DNA of 32,000 nt from Streptomyces sp. NPDC014733. GTDB lineage: Bacteria; Actinomycetota; Actinomycetes; Streptomycetales; Streptomycetaceae. The stretch spans positions 3,502-35,501 of the forward strand of contig NZ_JBIBYO010000025.1 in NCBI RefSeq assembly GCF_043083385.1. Reading direction: 5' to 3'. The translations under genes and the position numbers were made by a program. Shown piece after piece: positions 1 to 8,882 of the stretch (position 1 is its first letter; every line of letters begins with the position of its first letter). Under the pieces are notes generated by a model. That model searched no databases. It had not been told where the DNA came from and was given only the letters and a program-made list of their open reading frames with translations.

Positions 1-1431
1 CGAGGAGTACGAGCCGCCGCCGGCGTTGCCGCCACCGGCGTTGCCGCCACCGGCCGCCGGGGCCGCAGCGCCCTCGGCCGCAGCCTGCTCGTCGGCCTCG
101 CGGGACTTGACGACCTGCGCCTGGTGCTGCTCGAAGCGCTGCTGGGCCTCGGCGTACTGGTTCTCCCAGGCCTCGCGCTGGGCCTCGTAGCCCTCCAGCC
201 AGTCGTTGGTCTCCGGGTCGAAGCCCTCGGGGTAGATGTAGTTGCCCTGGTCGTCGTAGGACGCGGCCATGCCGTACAGGGTCGGGTCGAACTCGACCGC
301 CATCGGGTCGGCGCCGAAGGACTCGTTGGCCTGCTTCAGCGACAGCGAGATCCGGCGACGCTCCAGGTCGATGTCGATGACCTTGACGAAGATCTCGTCG
401 TTGACCTGGACGACCTGCTCCGGGATCTCCACGTGGCGCTCGGCCAGCTCGGAGATGTGGACCAGGCCCTCGATGCCCTCGTCGACGCGGACGAACGCAC
501 CGAACGGAACGAGCTTGGTGACCTTACCCGGGACGACCTGACCGATCTGGTGGGTCCGGGCGAACTGCTGCCACGGGTCTTCCTGGGTCGCCTTGAGCGA
601 CAGGGAGACGCGCTCGCGGTCCATGTCGACGTCGAGGACCTCGACCGTGACCTCCTGGCCGACCTCGACGACCTCGGAGGGGTGGTCGATGTGCTTCCAG
701 GACAGCTCGGAGACGTGGACGAGACCGTCGACGCCGCCCAGGTCCACGAAGGCACCGAAGTTGACGATGGAGGAGACGACGCCGGAGCGCACCTGGCCCT
801 TCTGGAGGGTGGTGAGGAAGGTCTGGCGGACCTCGCTCTGGGTCTGCTCCAGCCAGGCACGGCGGGACAGGACCACGTTGTTGCGGTTCTTGTCCAGCTC
901 GATGATCTTGGCCTCGAGCTCCTTGCCCACGTAGGGCTGGAGGTCGCGGACGCGGCGCATCTCGACCAGGGAGGCCGGGAGGAAGCCACGGAGGCCGATG
1001 TCGAGGATGAGACCACCCTTGACGACCTCGATGACGGTACCGGTGACGATCCCGTCCTCTTCCTTGATCTTCTCGATCGTGCCCCAGGCACGCTCGTACT
1101 GAGCGCGCTTCTTGGACAGGATGAGGCGGCCTTCCTTGTCCTCCTTCTGGAGAACCAGGGCCTCGATCTCGTCACCGACGGCGACGACCTCGTTGGGGTC
1201 GACGTCGTGCTTGATCGACAGCTCGCGGCTGGGGATCACGCCTTCGGTCTTGTAACCGATGTCGAGCAGGACCTCGTCCCGGTCGACCTTCACGATGACG
1301 CCGTCGACGATGTCGCCGTCGTTGAAGTACTTGATCGTCTCGTCGATCGCGGCGAGGAAGGCTTCCTCGTTACCGATGTCGTTGACCGCAACCTGCGGGG
1401 TGGTGGCGGTGGTCTCGGTGCTGCTCGTCAT
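1..1431 (-). CDS. rpsA: 30S ribosomal protein S1 (C-terminal end runs off the window start; 477 codons present)
   Basis: The reverse frame is open from ATG (revcomp of 1429-1431) to position 1. It is absent from the ORF track because no stop lies in the window. My translation starts MTSSTETTATTPQVAVNDIGNEEAFLAAIDETIKYFNDGDIVDGVIVKVDRDEVLLDIGYKTEG and contains repeated S1-domain signatures (GFLPAS, GLVHVSEL, GLVHISEL). The + strand ORF 124-1430 is its antisense shadow. Confidence 0.95.
   Translation of the reverse strand, partial: MTSSTETTATTPQVAVNDIGNEEAFLAAIDETIKYFNDGDIVDGVIVKVDRDEVLLDIGYKTEGVIPSRELSIKHDVDPNEVVAVGDEIEALVLQKEDKEGRLILSKKRAQYERAWGTIEKIKEEDGIVTGTVIEVVKGGLILDIGLRGFLPASLVEMRRVRDLQPYVGKELEAKIIELDKNRNNVVLSRRAWLEQTQSEVRQTFLTTLQKGQVRSGVVSSIVNFGAFVDLGGVDGLVHVSELSWKHIDHPSEVVEVGQEVTVEVLDVDMDRERVSLSLKATQEDPWQQFARTHQIGQVVPGKVTKLVPFGAFVRVDEGIEGLVHISELAERHVEIPEQVVQVNDEIFVKVIDIDLERRRISLSLKQANESFGADPMAVEFDPTLYGMAASYDDQGNYIYPEGFDPETNDWLEGYEAQREAWENQYAEAQQRFEQHQAQVVKSREADEQAAAEGAAAPAAGGGNAGGGNAGGGSYSS
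21..50. repeat. Perfect 15-bp tandem duplication (cggcgttgccgccac x2) inside the rpsA 3' tail
   Basis: Positions 21-35 and 36-50 are identical. On the coding strand they give GGNAG-GGNAG in the low-complexity S1 C-terminal tail. Confidence 0.9.
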
Positions 1432-1649
1432 GTGGGAAAGGGCTCCGGTACGGACATTGAAGTCGTAGGTACTGCTACGCCGAGAGCCGTTATCGCTTCT
1501 GCACAAGCCGGACAGCGTCAAAGGCGTTTCCCTGGAAGCCCCGCACAGAACGGAGCCAACCGAAACGCCTCGAAAACCGAGGGGACATACATACAGATGC
1601 GAGCGCGACCTGCTCCGTCTGAGGCGCACAAGCCCGCAGCGCAACTTGT

Positions 1650-1678
1650 AGCATACGGGGGCAGCCGGGCAGGGTCAA
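1650..1678 (-). promoter_or_regulatory. Candidate housekeeping-sigma promoter for rpsA (TTGACC-17 nt-TATGCT)
   Basis: The minus strand reads cATTGACCctgcccggctgcccccgTATGCTacaag. The -35 is revcomp of 1673-1678, the -10 is revcomp of 1650-1655, and the spacer is exactly 17 nt. This implies a leader of about 210 nt before the rpsA ATG at 1431. Confidence 0.4.
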
Positions 1679-1803
1679 TGCGCGAAGCCGCACACCCAGG
1701 GCAGACCGCCCGATTACCGGCACGCGTGATGTTCCGCGGGGCCCGAAGGGGCCTCGCCGTCCCTACTGCTGCAAGCTCAGCGAAGACTACGACGACGGGC
1801 GCG

Positions 1804-2631
1804 ATGAACCAAGAGTACGAGCCGGAGGCGACCCGACGTCATGCCTCGGCAACGGAAAGCAGCCAGGCCAGCCGCGGCTGGTGGGACCGGAACGCCGACG
1901 AGTACCAGAGCGAGCACGGCGCGTTCCTCGGGGACGACCGGTTCGTCTGGGGACCGGAGGGGCTGGACGAGGAGCGCGCCGGGCTGCTCGGTCCGGCCGA
2001 GGGACTGAAGGGCCTGCGGATCCTGGAGATCGGGGCGGGCGCGGCGCAGTGTGCGCGCTGGCTGGCGGCGCAGGGGGCACACCCGGTCGCCCTGGATCTC
2101 TCGCACCGGCAGTTGCAGCACGCGTTGCGGATCGGGGACGCGGCGGACGGCACTTCCGCCGGCGGTGTGGAGCTGGTGGAGGCGGACGCGGGGGTCCTGC
2201 CGTTCCGGGACGGCGCGTTCGACATGGCGTGTTCCGCGTATGGCGCGATTCCGTTCGTCGCCGATCCGGTGCGGGTGCTGCGCGAGGTGCGGCGGGTGCT
2301 GCGGCCGGGCGGGCGGTTCGTGTTCTCGGTGACCCATCCGATTCGCTGGGCGTTCCCGGACGAGCCGGGGCCCGAGGGACTGTCGGTGGCGGCGTCGTAC
2401 TTCGACCGGACGCCGTACGTGGAGCAGGACGAGAGCGGGCGCGCGGTCTACGTCGAGCATCACCGGACGGTGGGTGACCGGGTGCGGGACGTGGTCGCGG
2501 CCGGGTTCCGGCTGGTGGATCTGGTGGAGCCGGAGTGGCCGGACGAGAACACGCAGGAATGGGGCGGCTGGTCGCCGTTGCGCGGGTATCTGATCCCGGG
2601 GACGGCGATCTTCGTGTGCGTGGCGGAGTGA
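1804..2631 (+). CDS. Class I SAM-dependent methyltransferase (275 aa)
   Basis: ATG at 1804 lies in the same frame as the tail of track ORF 124..2631. Motif I ILEIGAGAAQCARWLAAQG, then ALDLS, post-I acidic residue and RVLRPGGRFVFS (motif III-like). The part of that ORF upstream of 1804 is antisense to rpsA or intergenic. Confidence 0.85.
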   Translation: MNQEYEPEATRRHASATESSQASRGWWDRNADEYQSEHGAFLGDDRFVWGPEGLDEERAGLLGPAEGLKGLRILEIGAGAAQCARWLAAQGAHPVALDLSHRQLQHALRIGDAADGTSAGGVELVEADAGVLPFRDGAFDMACSAYGAIPFVADPVRVLREVRRVLRPGGRFVFSVTHPIRWAFPDEPGPEGLSVAASYFDRTPYVEQDESGRAVYVEHHRTVGDRVRDVVAAGFRLVDLVEPEWPDENTQEWGGWSPLRGYLIPGTAIFVCVAE

Positions 2632-2662
2632 GTCCGCGGCGCTGACGGGGCGGCCCGTCCTG

Positions 2663-5263
2663 GTGGCGGGGCGGCAGACTGGGCGGGTGATCCGCGACGA
2701 CGTACTGAGTCTGCTGCCCGCCCGTTCCGCGCTGCCCGCGCTGCGTGAGGCCCTGGACGGGCCGGGGAGCGCGGTGCTGTGCGCGCCGCCCGGTACGGGC
2801 AAGACGACGCTGGTGCCGCTGGAGCTGGCGGGGCTCGTGGGGCGTGGCCCGGAGCGGCGGGTGCTGGTGGCGGAGCCGCGGCGGATCGCGGCGCGGGCGG
2901 CGGCGCGGCGGATGGCGTGGCTGCTGGGGGAGCGCGTCGGCGAACGGGTGGGGTTCACGGTGCGCGGGGAGCGGCGGGTGGGGCCGCGTACGGCCGTGGA
3001 GGTGGTGACGACCGGGGTGCTGTTGCAGCGGTTGCAGCGAGATCCGGAGCTGGCGGGCGTCGACGTGGTGATGCTCGACGAGTGTCATGAGCGGCATCTG
3101 GACGCGGACACGGCGGCGGCGTTCCTGCTGGACGTGCGGGCGGCGCTGCGGCCGGAGCTGCGGTTGGTGGCGGCGTCGGCGACGACGGACGCGGTGGGGT
3201 GGGCGGCGCTGCTGGGTGGCGCGGAGGGGCCGGCTCCGGTGGTGACGGCGGAGGGCACCTCCCACGAGGTGGAGGTGGTGTGGGCGCCGCCGGAGCGGCC
3301 GGTGCGGCCGGCGCACGGGATGCGGGTGGATCCGGCGCTGCTGACGCATGTGGCGGGGGTGGTGCGGCGGGCGCTGCGGGAGCGGTCCGGCGATGTGCTG
3401 TGTTTTCTGCCGGGCGCCGGGGAGATCGGACGGGTCGCGGGGCTGCTGGCCGGGGTGGACGCGGAGGTGCTGCAGGTCCACGGGCGGGCTCCGGCGGAGG
3501 TGCAGGATGCGGTGCTGGCCGGTGGTGACGGGGTGCGCCGGGTGGTGCTGGCGACGGCGGTCGCGGAGTCCAGTCTGACGGTGCCGGGGGTCCGGGTGGT
3601 GGTGGACTGCGGGCTGGCGCGGGTGCCGCGGACGGATCATGCGCGGGGTCTCGGGGCGCTGGTGACGGTGCGGGCGTCGCGGGCGGCGGCCCGGCAGCGG
3701 GCCGGGCGGGCCGGGCGTGAGGCGCCGGGGGCGGTGTATCGCTGCTGGTCGGAGGGGGAGGACGGGCGATTGCCGCGGTTTCCCGACCCGGAGATCAAGG
3801 TGGCGGAGCTGTCGGCGTTCGCGTTGCAGGTGGCGTGCTGGGGCGATCCGTCGGCGGCGGGTCTGGCGTTGCTGGACGCGCCGCCCGCGGGGGCGATGGC
3901 GGCGGCGCGGGAGGTGCTGGGCGCGGTCGGTGCGGTGGACGCGGACGGCCGGGTGACGGAGCGGGGGCGGCGGCTGGCGCGCCTTGGGGTGCATCCGCGG
4001 TTGGCACGGGCGTTGCTGGACGGCGCGCGGGAGGTGGGGGTGCGGCCGGCGGCCGAGGTGGTGGCGCTGCTGAGCGAGGAGCCGCCGCGGTCGTACGGGG
4101 ACGATCTGGCCGCCGCGTGGCGGCAGGCGCGGCGGGGCGGCGACGCGTATGCCGGACGGTGGCGGCAGGAGGCCCGTCGGCTGGCGTCGGCGGTGACGGG
4201 GCTCGGGCCGGAGGGTGCCGCGGACACGGAGGCGGGGGCCGCGGGCGTCTCCGGGCGCTCCGGTGGCGGGGACGACGACGCGGTGGCCGGACTGGTGGCG
4301 GCGTTGGCGTTCCCGGAGCGGGTGGCGCGGGCGCGGGGCGCCGGGAGTTTTCTGATGGCGTCGGGGACACGCGCGGAGACGGCCGAGGCCGGTTCGCGGT
4401 TGCGGGAGGCGCGGTGGCTGGCGGTCGCGGTGGCGGACCGTCCGGTGGCGGCGGCGTCCGCGCGGGTGCGGCTGGCGGCGGTGATCGACGAGGCGACGGC
4501 GGTCGCGGCGGCCGGGGCGCTGCACTCGCGGGGCGCGGAGGTCCGGTGGGCGGACGGCGATGTCGTGGCGCGGGAGGTGGCGCGGCTGGGGGCGATCGAG
4601 CTGGTGGCGCGTCCGCTCCCGGCGCCGGACGCGGGAGCGGTGCGCGTGGCGGTGGCGGAGGGGCTGCGGCGGGAGGGTGTCGGGCTGTTGCGCTGGTCGG
4701 CGGGGGCGGTGGCGTTGCGGCAGCGGATGGCCTTTCTCCACGGGGAGTTGGGGGAGCCGTGGCCGGATGTGTCGGATGCGGCGCTGCTGGAGCGGGCCGG
4801 GGAGTGGCTGGGGGTGGAGTTGGACCGGGCGCGGCGGCGGGCTGATCTGGAGCGGGTCGACGCCGGGGCGGCGCTGGGGCGGCTGCTGCCGTGGGCTTCG
4901 GGTGCGGCGGTGCGCTTCGACGAGCTGGCGCCGGAGCGCATCGAGGTGCCGAGCGGTTCACGGGTGCGGGTCGACTACAGCGGTGCGCAGCCGGTGCTGG
5001 CGGTGAAGGTGCAGGAGATGTTCGGGCAGCAGGAGTCGCCACGGGTGGCGGACGGGCGGGTGCCGGTCCTCGTCCATCTGCTCTCCCCCGCCGGACGTCC
5101 GGCGGCGGTGACGGCGGATCTGGCCTCCTTCTGGCGGGAGGGGTACCGGTCCGTGCGGGCGGAGCTGCGGGGGCGGTATCCGAAGCATCCGTGGCCCGAG
5201 GATCCGTCGGCGGCGGAGCCGACGCGGTACACGACGGCGCGGTTGAAGAGGGAACGGGGCTGA
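2663..5263 (+). CDS. hrpB: ATP-dependent RNA helicase HrpB (DEAH-box family)
   Basis: Walker A APPGTGKTT and motif II DECHERH. Also LPGAGEI, ATAVAESSLTVPGVRVVVDCG and QRAGRAGR (motif VI), plus an HrpB-type C-terminal domain ending RGRYPKHPWPEDP. The start is uncertain: GTG 2663 or in-frame GTG 2687. Confidence 0.85.
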   Translation: MAGRQTGRVIRDDVLSLLPARSALPALREALDGPGSAVLCAPPGTGKTTLVPLELAGLVGRGPERRVLVAEPRRIAARAAARRMAWLLGERVGERVGFTVRGERRVGPRTAVEVVTTGVLLQRLQRDPELAGVDVVMLDECHERHLDADTAAAFLLDVRAALRPELRLVAASATTDAVGWAALLGGAEGPAPVVTAEGTSHEVEVVWAPPERPVRPAHGMRVDPALLTHVAGVVRRALRERSGDVLCFLPGAGEIGRVAGLLAGVDAEVLQVHGRAPAEVQDAVLAGGDGVRRVVLATAVAESSLTVPGVRVVVDCGLARVPRTDHARGLGALVTVRASRAAARQRAGRAGREAPGAVYRCWSEGEDGRLPRFPDPEIKVAELSAFALQVACWGDPSAAGLALLDAPPAGAMAAAREVLGAVGAVDADGRVTERGRRLARLGVHPRLARALLDGAREVGVRPAAEVVALLSEEPPRSYGDDLAAAWRQARRGGDAYAGRWRQEARRLASAVTGLGPEGAADTEAGAAGVSGRSGGGDDDAVAGLVAALAFPERVARARGAGSFLMASGTRAETAEAGSRLREARWLAVAVADRPVAAASARVRLAAVIDEATAVAAAGALHSRGAEVRWADGDVVAREVARLGAIELVARPLPAPDAGAVRVAVAEGLRREGVGLLRWSAGAVALRQRMAFLHGELGEPWPDVSDAALLERAGEWLGVELDRARRRADLERVDAGAALGRLLPWASGAAVRFDELAPERIEVPSGSRVRVDYSGAQPVLAVKVQEMFGQQESPRVADGRVPVLVHLLSPAGRPAAVTADLASFWREGYRSVRAELRGRYPKHPWPEDPSAAEPTRYTTARLKRERG

Positions 5264-5384
5264 GGGCCGGGAGGGGGCGGGGTGTGACGGGGCGGGGCAC
5301 GGGCGGTCGGGTCCGAGGAGGCGCGGGTCCTGGTGGTCGGGTCAACGTGTAGGCGCCGGGGGCTCGTTCAGCTCTGTGGTCACC

Positions 5385-6380
5385 TTACGGTCCGCCACTG
5401 ACAACGGGCCGTGCGGCGGGGGCCGGACCGGTTGGGCGGGGGCGGCGGGCGCGGGCCTCCAGGGTGAGGCTGAGGGCGAGGAGTGCGATGCCGAGGGTGA
5501 GGAAGCCCCAGGGGAGGTAGCTGGTGAGGAGCAGGACCAGGGTGCGCTGGGAGGAGACGAGGGCGACGACGGCGTCGACGTAGTCGGGGCGCATCTTGAC
5601 GTGTCCGGCGAAGGCCGTGACCTTGCCGCCACCGGGGAGGAGGTCGCCGCCGCGCAGCTCCTCCTGGTGGATCTCCTCGCCGTTGACGGGGGCGCCGGTG
5701 ACGGGATCGACCCAGAACATGCGCTTGGTGGTGTACCAGCGGGTGGTGCCCATCTTGCGGACGGAGTCCGCGGTGATGCCCTTGACCGGCAGCTTCTTGG
5801 GCAGCGGGACCTTGGTCCAGGGGATGGTCTGCTCGAAGTAGTAGACCTCCAGGCCGTGGAAGGTGCGGGTGCCCTTGTAGTGGATGGGGGCGGCGGCGCG
5901 GGTCTGCGGGTCGTAGTAGGAGTAGTCGCGCTTCTCGACGAGGAACGGCCATTTGTACTCGATGCCGTCGCGGCGCACGGCGTCGCCGTCGACGCTCTCG
6001 CCGGTGGCGTGGACCGGTTCCTGGCTGTGGGCGTCGAAGATGTAGCGCTCGGGGATCTGGGAGACCATTTTGCCGTCGGGCCCGGCGACGTAGGTGAGCG
6101 CGTCCCAGACGACGACGTCGCGGTCGGCGGTCCGTTCGATGCGGTCGGCGGCGGCGACGTTGCCCTTGAGGGTCTGGACGACGGTGAGCCGGGGGACCTT
6201 CTTGGCCTTCATGGTGGAGTAGTCGACGAGGGTGGCGGGCTCGGCGACGAGGACGGTGTCCTGGTACTGGCTGGGCGGGACCTTCGCGAGGCGCGGGAAG
6301 GCGTACCAGCGCAGCAGCGGGGAGAGCGCGGTGCAGAAGACCGCGACGGCGAGGAGTATCAGGCTGGCTTTGCGGCGCAT
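5385..6380 (-). CDS. DUF3068-family (PorA-like) membrane protein, 331 aa
   Basis: N-terminal TM segment LILLAVAVFCTALSPLLRWYAFPRLAKVP and C-terminal TM segment LLLTSYLPWGFLTLGIALLALSL. The central soluble region has the W/Y-rich pattern I associate with DUF3068. The family name comes from memory of the motif layout, not from a search. Confidence 0.65.
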   Translation of the reverse strand: MRRKASLILLAVAVFCTALSPLLRWYAFPRLAKVPPSQYQDTVLVAEPATLVDYSTMKAKKVPRLTVVQTLKGNVAAADRIERTADRDVVVWDALTYVAGPDGKMVSQIPERYIFDAHSQEPVHATGESVDGDAVRRDGIEYKWPFLVEKRDYSYYDPQTRAAAPIHYKGTRTFHGLEVYYFEQTIPWTKVPLPKKLPVKGITADSVRKMGTTRWYTTKRMFWVDPVTGAPVNGEEIHQEELRGGDLLPGGGKVTAFAGHVKMRPDYVDAVVALVSSQRTLVLLLTSYLPWGFLTLGIALLALSLTLEARARRPRPTGPAPAARPVVSGGP

Positions 6381-6424
6381 GGCGGTGCGTCCCTTCCCTT
6401 GCGGGGTGTGCGGCGTCCTCGCCG

Positions 6425-6559
6425 TCAGGGGTGTGCGGGGACGGTGGTCCGCAGCGGCTCGGGGGAGGTGGTGCCGTCGGGGGCGCCGATCGCCGTGACG
6501 GTGAAGACGAGGAGGAGCGCGGCGGCGAGGCCGGCGGCGGCTGCGGTGAGGGCGCGCAT
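6425..6559 (-). CDS. Possible small secreted or membrane peptide (44 aa)
   Basis: MRALTAAAAGLAAALLLVFTVTAIGAPDGTTSPEPLRTTVPAHP. It has a signal/TM-like N-terminus and GGGAG lies 7 nt upstream of the ATG at 6559. It sits 44 nt upstream of the DUF3068 gene on the same strand. Short and unverified. Confidence 0.35.
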   Translation of the reverse strand: MRALTAAAAGLAAALLLVFTVTAIGAPDGTTSPEPLRTTVPAHP

Positions 6560-6685
6560 GGGCGGCTCCCGGAGAGCTGATGCTTCGTCAGGGAGGGGGC
6601 ACCGTAGCAACGGGCGGCCGAGATGAGAACACGTGACACCGCCGCCCTGCCCGGTGCGGGCGGGGCGGCGGTGGTGTGGCGGCGG

Positions 6686-8569
6686 TCAGGCGGCGGGCGT
6701 GGTGACCTCGAGTTCGAGGGTGAGGGCGGCGCCGTCGGCGGTGGTGAGGCGGAGCCGGTAGGTGCCGGGGTGGTCGGCGTCGGTGAAGATCTCCGGGAGT
6801 TTCAGCAGGCCGTGGGCGTCGGTGGTGAGGTCGGTGAGGGTGCGCTGCGGGGTGTCGGTGGCCGCGCCGATGGCCTGCGGGTCGGTGAAGGACGGTCCGG
6901 CGGTGTTCGGGACCGGGTGGTCGGGGTCGCCGGTGACCATGGTGGCGGTGACCGGGACACCCGCGGCGGCCTCGCCCTGGAAGGCGGCCTTGATCTCGAT
7001 GCGGTCGGCGGCGTAGCTGTCGCCCGCGGTCACGGTCAGTTCCTCGTCCGAGGTGCGGGTGAGGGTGTCGGCCTTGGGAGCGGGCGGCGCCTCGACGGTG
7101 GCGGCGAAGTCGATGGGCGGGACGGTGCGGCCGACGGCGGTGGCGCGGACGGTGAAGGTGCCGGTGGTCGTGCCCGCGCGCAGCGCCGGGGCGGTGGCCA
7201 GGCCGTCCTTGCCGGTGGTGACGGTGACGGTGGTGGCGTCGTCCGGGAAGCGGGCGTCGGTGGTGCCGGTGATCGCGAAGCGTACGGGGGCGCCGGCGAC
7301 GGGTTTGCCCGCGCCGTCCTTGGCGCGCACCTGGGGCGGGGTGGTGAAGGTGTTGCCCGTGGTGGCGGTGAGGTCCTTGTCGCCGGTCCGTTCGAGGACG
7401 GTGAGGGGCGCGGGGGTGGTGGGTTCGGTGGGATCGGTCGGGTCGGTGGGGGGCGGGGTGCCGCCGCCACCGGTGCCGGTGTCGCCGGTACCTCCGGTTC
7501 CGCCGGTTCCGCCGGTTCCGCCGGTGGAACCTGTGCCGCCGGTTCCGCCGGTCGAGCCTGTGCCGCCCGAAGAGGGGCCGCCGGTGCCCGCTCCCCCGCC
7601 CGGGCCGCTCTCCTCGTGCTCCTTGCCGGTGTTCTTGCCGGGACCCTTCGCGGCGTCGTCCGGTGTGCGGCCGGGCTTCACCGGTGCGCTCCCGCCGCGG
7701 GTGACGGTGCCGCCGGAGGTGCCGCCGCGGCGGTGGACGGGCAGGACGCCCGTACCGTCCGGGACCTCGTGGGTGCCCTTGCGGTAGAAGGCGTACCAGG
7801 ACAGGACGGTGCGCAGATAATCCTCGGAGTGGTTGTAGCTGAGGACGGCGCGGTCCAGGTCGCGGGCGAGGGAGAGGTCGCGGTCGGCGCCGCAGAGGTA
7901 GTGGCCGGCGGCGAGTGCGGCGTCGAAGATGTTGTTGGGGTCCTTCTTGCCATCGCCGTTGCCGTCGGCGCCCCATCCAGTGCCGTCCGGGCCGCCCTGG
8001 GACCAGGTCGACGGGATGAACTGCATCGGGCCCACGGCGCGGTCGTGGGTGCGGTCGCCGTCGTAACGCCCCTGGTCCGTGTCGGTGATACGGGCGAAGC
8101 CGTTGCCGTTGAGCTGGGGCCCGAGGATGGGGCGCAGGGTGGTGCCCTCGGCGTCGACGGCACCGCCGCGCGCCTGGCCGGATTCCACCTTGCCGATCGC
8201 GGCGAGCAGTTGCCACGGCAGCCGGCAGCCGGGGTCGTCGGCGGCGATGCTCGCCTCCGCCTTCCGGTACGCGGCGAGCACGGTGGCGGGGATCCCGGCC
8301 TCGGCGGGCCCGATGGCGACCGGAGCACCGGGCTTCTTCCGTGAACCGCCGGGCGGTACGGGGCTGTTGAGGGGCGGCAGATCCGTGTAGTAGGGCGAGT
8401 CGCCGTCGACGCCGGAGTCGGCGGGCGGCCGGGGGGCGCGGTCCGGTGCCGCCCGCGCGCGGTCGATGGCGCCCGGCGCCTGAGAGGCCGTCAGCGCGGC
8501 CACCACCAGGGCTGCGACAGCGGCCGACCCGGCCCCTCGGCGGAGCCGTCGCCCGAACGTGGCTGCCAT
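6686..8569 (-). CDS. Secreted lytic murein transglycosylase (SLT_2/MltB-like) with Gly/Thr linker and two C-terminal Ig-like beta domains
   Basis: Start ATG 8569 is preceded by GGAGGAGGAGG. Signal peptide MAATFGRRLRRGAGSAAVAALVVAALTASQAPG. Catalytic-domain motifs LLAAIGKVESGQ, GPMQFIPSTW, DPNNIFDAALAAGHYLC and LSYNHSEDY. A (GGT/GST)n-PPPTDPTDPTEPT linker and two beta-rich modules (e.g. VRFAITGTTDARF...GTFTVRATAVG) follow. Confidence 0.8.
   Translation of the reverse strand: MAATFGRRLRRGAGSAAVAALVVAALTASQAPGAIDRARAAPDRAPRPPADSGVDGDSPYYTDLPPLNSPVPPGGSRKKPGAPVAIGPAEAGIPATVLAAYRKAEASIAADDPGCRLPWQLLAAIGKVESGQARGGAVDAEGTTLRPILGPQLNGNGFARITDTDQGRYDGDRTHDRAVGPMQFIPSTWSQGGPDGTGWGADGNGDGKKDPNNIFDAALAAGHYLCGADRDLSLARDLDRAVLSYNHSEDYLRTVLSWYAFYRKGTHEVPDGTGVLPVHRRGGTSGGTVTRGGSAPVKPGRTPDDAAKGPGKNTGKEHEESGPGGGAGTGGPSSGGTGSTGGTGGTGSTGGTGGTGGTGGTGDTGTGGGGTPPPTDPTDPTEPTTPAPLTVLERTGDKDLTATTGNTFTTPPQVRAKDGAGKPVAGAPVRFAITGTTDARFPDDATTVTVTTGKDGLATAPALRAGTTTGTFTVRATAVGRTVPPIDFAATVEAPPAPKADTLTRTSDEELTVTAGDSYAADRIEIKAAFQGEAAAGVPVTATMVTGDPDHPVPNTAGPSFTDPQAIGAATDTPQRTLTDLTTDAHGLLKLPEIFTDADHPGTYRLRLTTADGAALTLELEVTTPAA
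7462..7567. repeat. In-frame short tandem repeats (9-bp ccggttccg units and 27-30-bp super-units) encoding the GGTGGTGST linker
   Basis: cctccggttccgccggttccgccggttccgccggtggaacctgtgccgccggttccgccggtcgagcctgtgccgcc. On the coding strand this gives GGTGSTGGTGGTGSTGGTGGTGGTGGTGDTGTGGGG. Confidence 0.85.
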
Positions 8570-8882
8570 GCGTGCCTCCTCCTCCGCGGTGAACCGCCGC
8601 GCCGGAGCCGCCGTTGCGTGCTCCGTTGCGCGCCGACGCACGCGACACTACGACACCTGAAGACGCACATCTACCGCCATCATCGGCCGAGATCGTGAAC
8701 CGTATCGGTCGGGAAAATACACGCCTCGTTCACTCGCGGACACGGCACGGCCGCCCCTCCGATGCCCGAGGGGGCCGGCGGTGACGCTCCGCCCCCTCCC
8801 CCGCGCGGTCCGGATCTCCGGGGCGGCCACCGGACTAGAGGCACACGGGCCGCGCCCGGACCTCTTCCGCCGGCAGCGGGCA

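Noticed and set aside
124-1803. N-terminal 560 codons of the 835-aa + strand ORF 124..2631
   Set aside because: Positions 124-1430 are antisense to rpsA, and the rest is the rpsA leader or intergenic. The translation is a Leu/Asp/Val/Gly-rich antisense artefact. Only the segment from ATG 1804 has methyltransferase motifs.
1787-4741. 984-aa minus-strand ORF (plus 1777..2958, 3637..4941 and 3795..5345) antisense to the methyltransferase and hrpB
   Set aside because: The composition is extremely Arg/Pro-rich (RPRRP... runs) with no recognisable motifs. These are typical shadow ORFs opposite real genes in high-GC DNA, and the + strand genes have clear helicase and methyltransferase motifs.
5264-5384. 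G-run cluster (gggccgggagggggcggggtgtgacggggcggggcacggg) between the convergent hrpB and DUF3068 genes
   Set aside because: It fits a G-quadruplex pattern, but such runs are frequent in DNA of this GC content. Without a genome-wide background I cannot claim significance. No clear terminator hairpin was seen.
5376-6639. ORFs 5376..6626 (+) and 5380..6639 (-) overlapping the DUF3068 gene
   Set aside because: They are low-complexity Gly/Asp/Ala or Arg/Pro translations. The 5385..6380 frame is the only one with normal amino-acid composition and TM segments.
6588-8648. 686-aa minus ORF, the 573-aa plus ORF 6623..8344 and several smaller ORFs over the transglycosylase gene
   Set aside because: They are out-of-frame or antisense to the frame carrying SLT motifs, and are Arg/His/Pro- or Gly-rich with no domain signatures.
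8570-8880. Possible cyclic-di-AMP (ydaO-type) riboswitch in the 5' region of the cell-wall hydrolase gene
   Set aside because: Actinobacterial wall hydrolases are often ydaO-regulated, so I read the minus strand here. I did not find the conserved GGGGACCCA and GGGGUGAAUC-type blocks or the pseudo-two-fold architecture. Only a short GTGAAC/GTTCAC stem is present. An Rfam scan would settle it.
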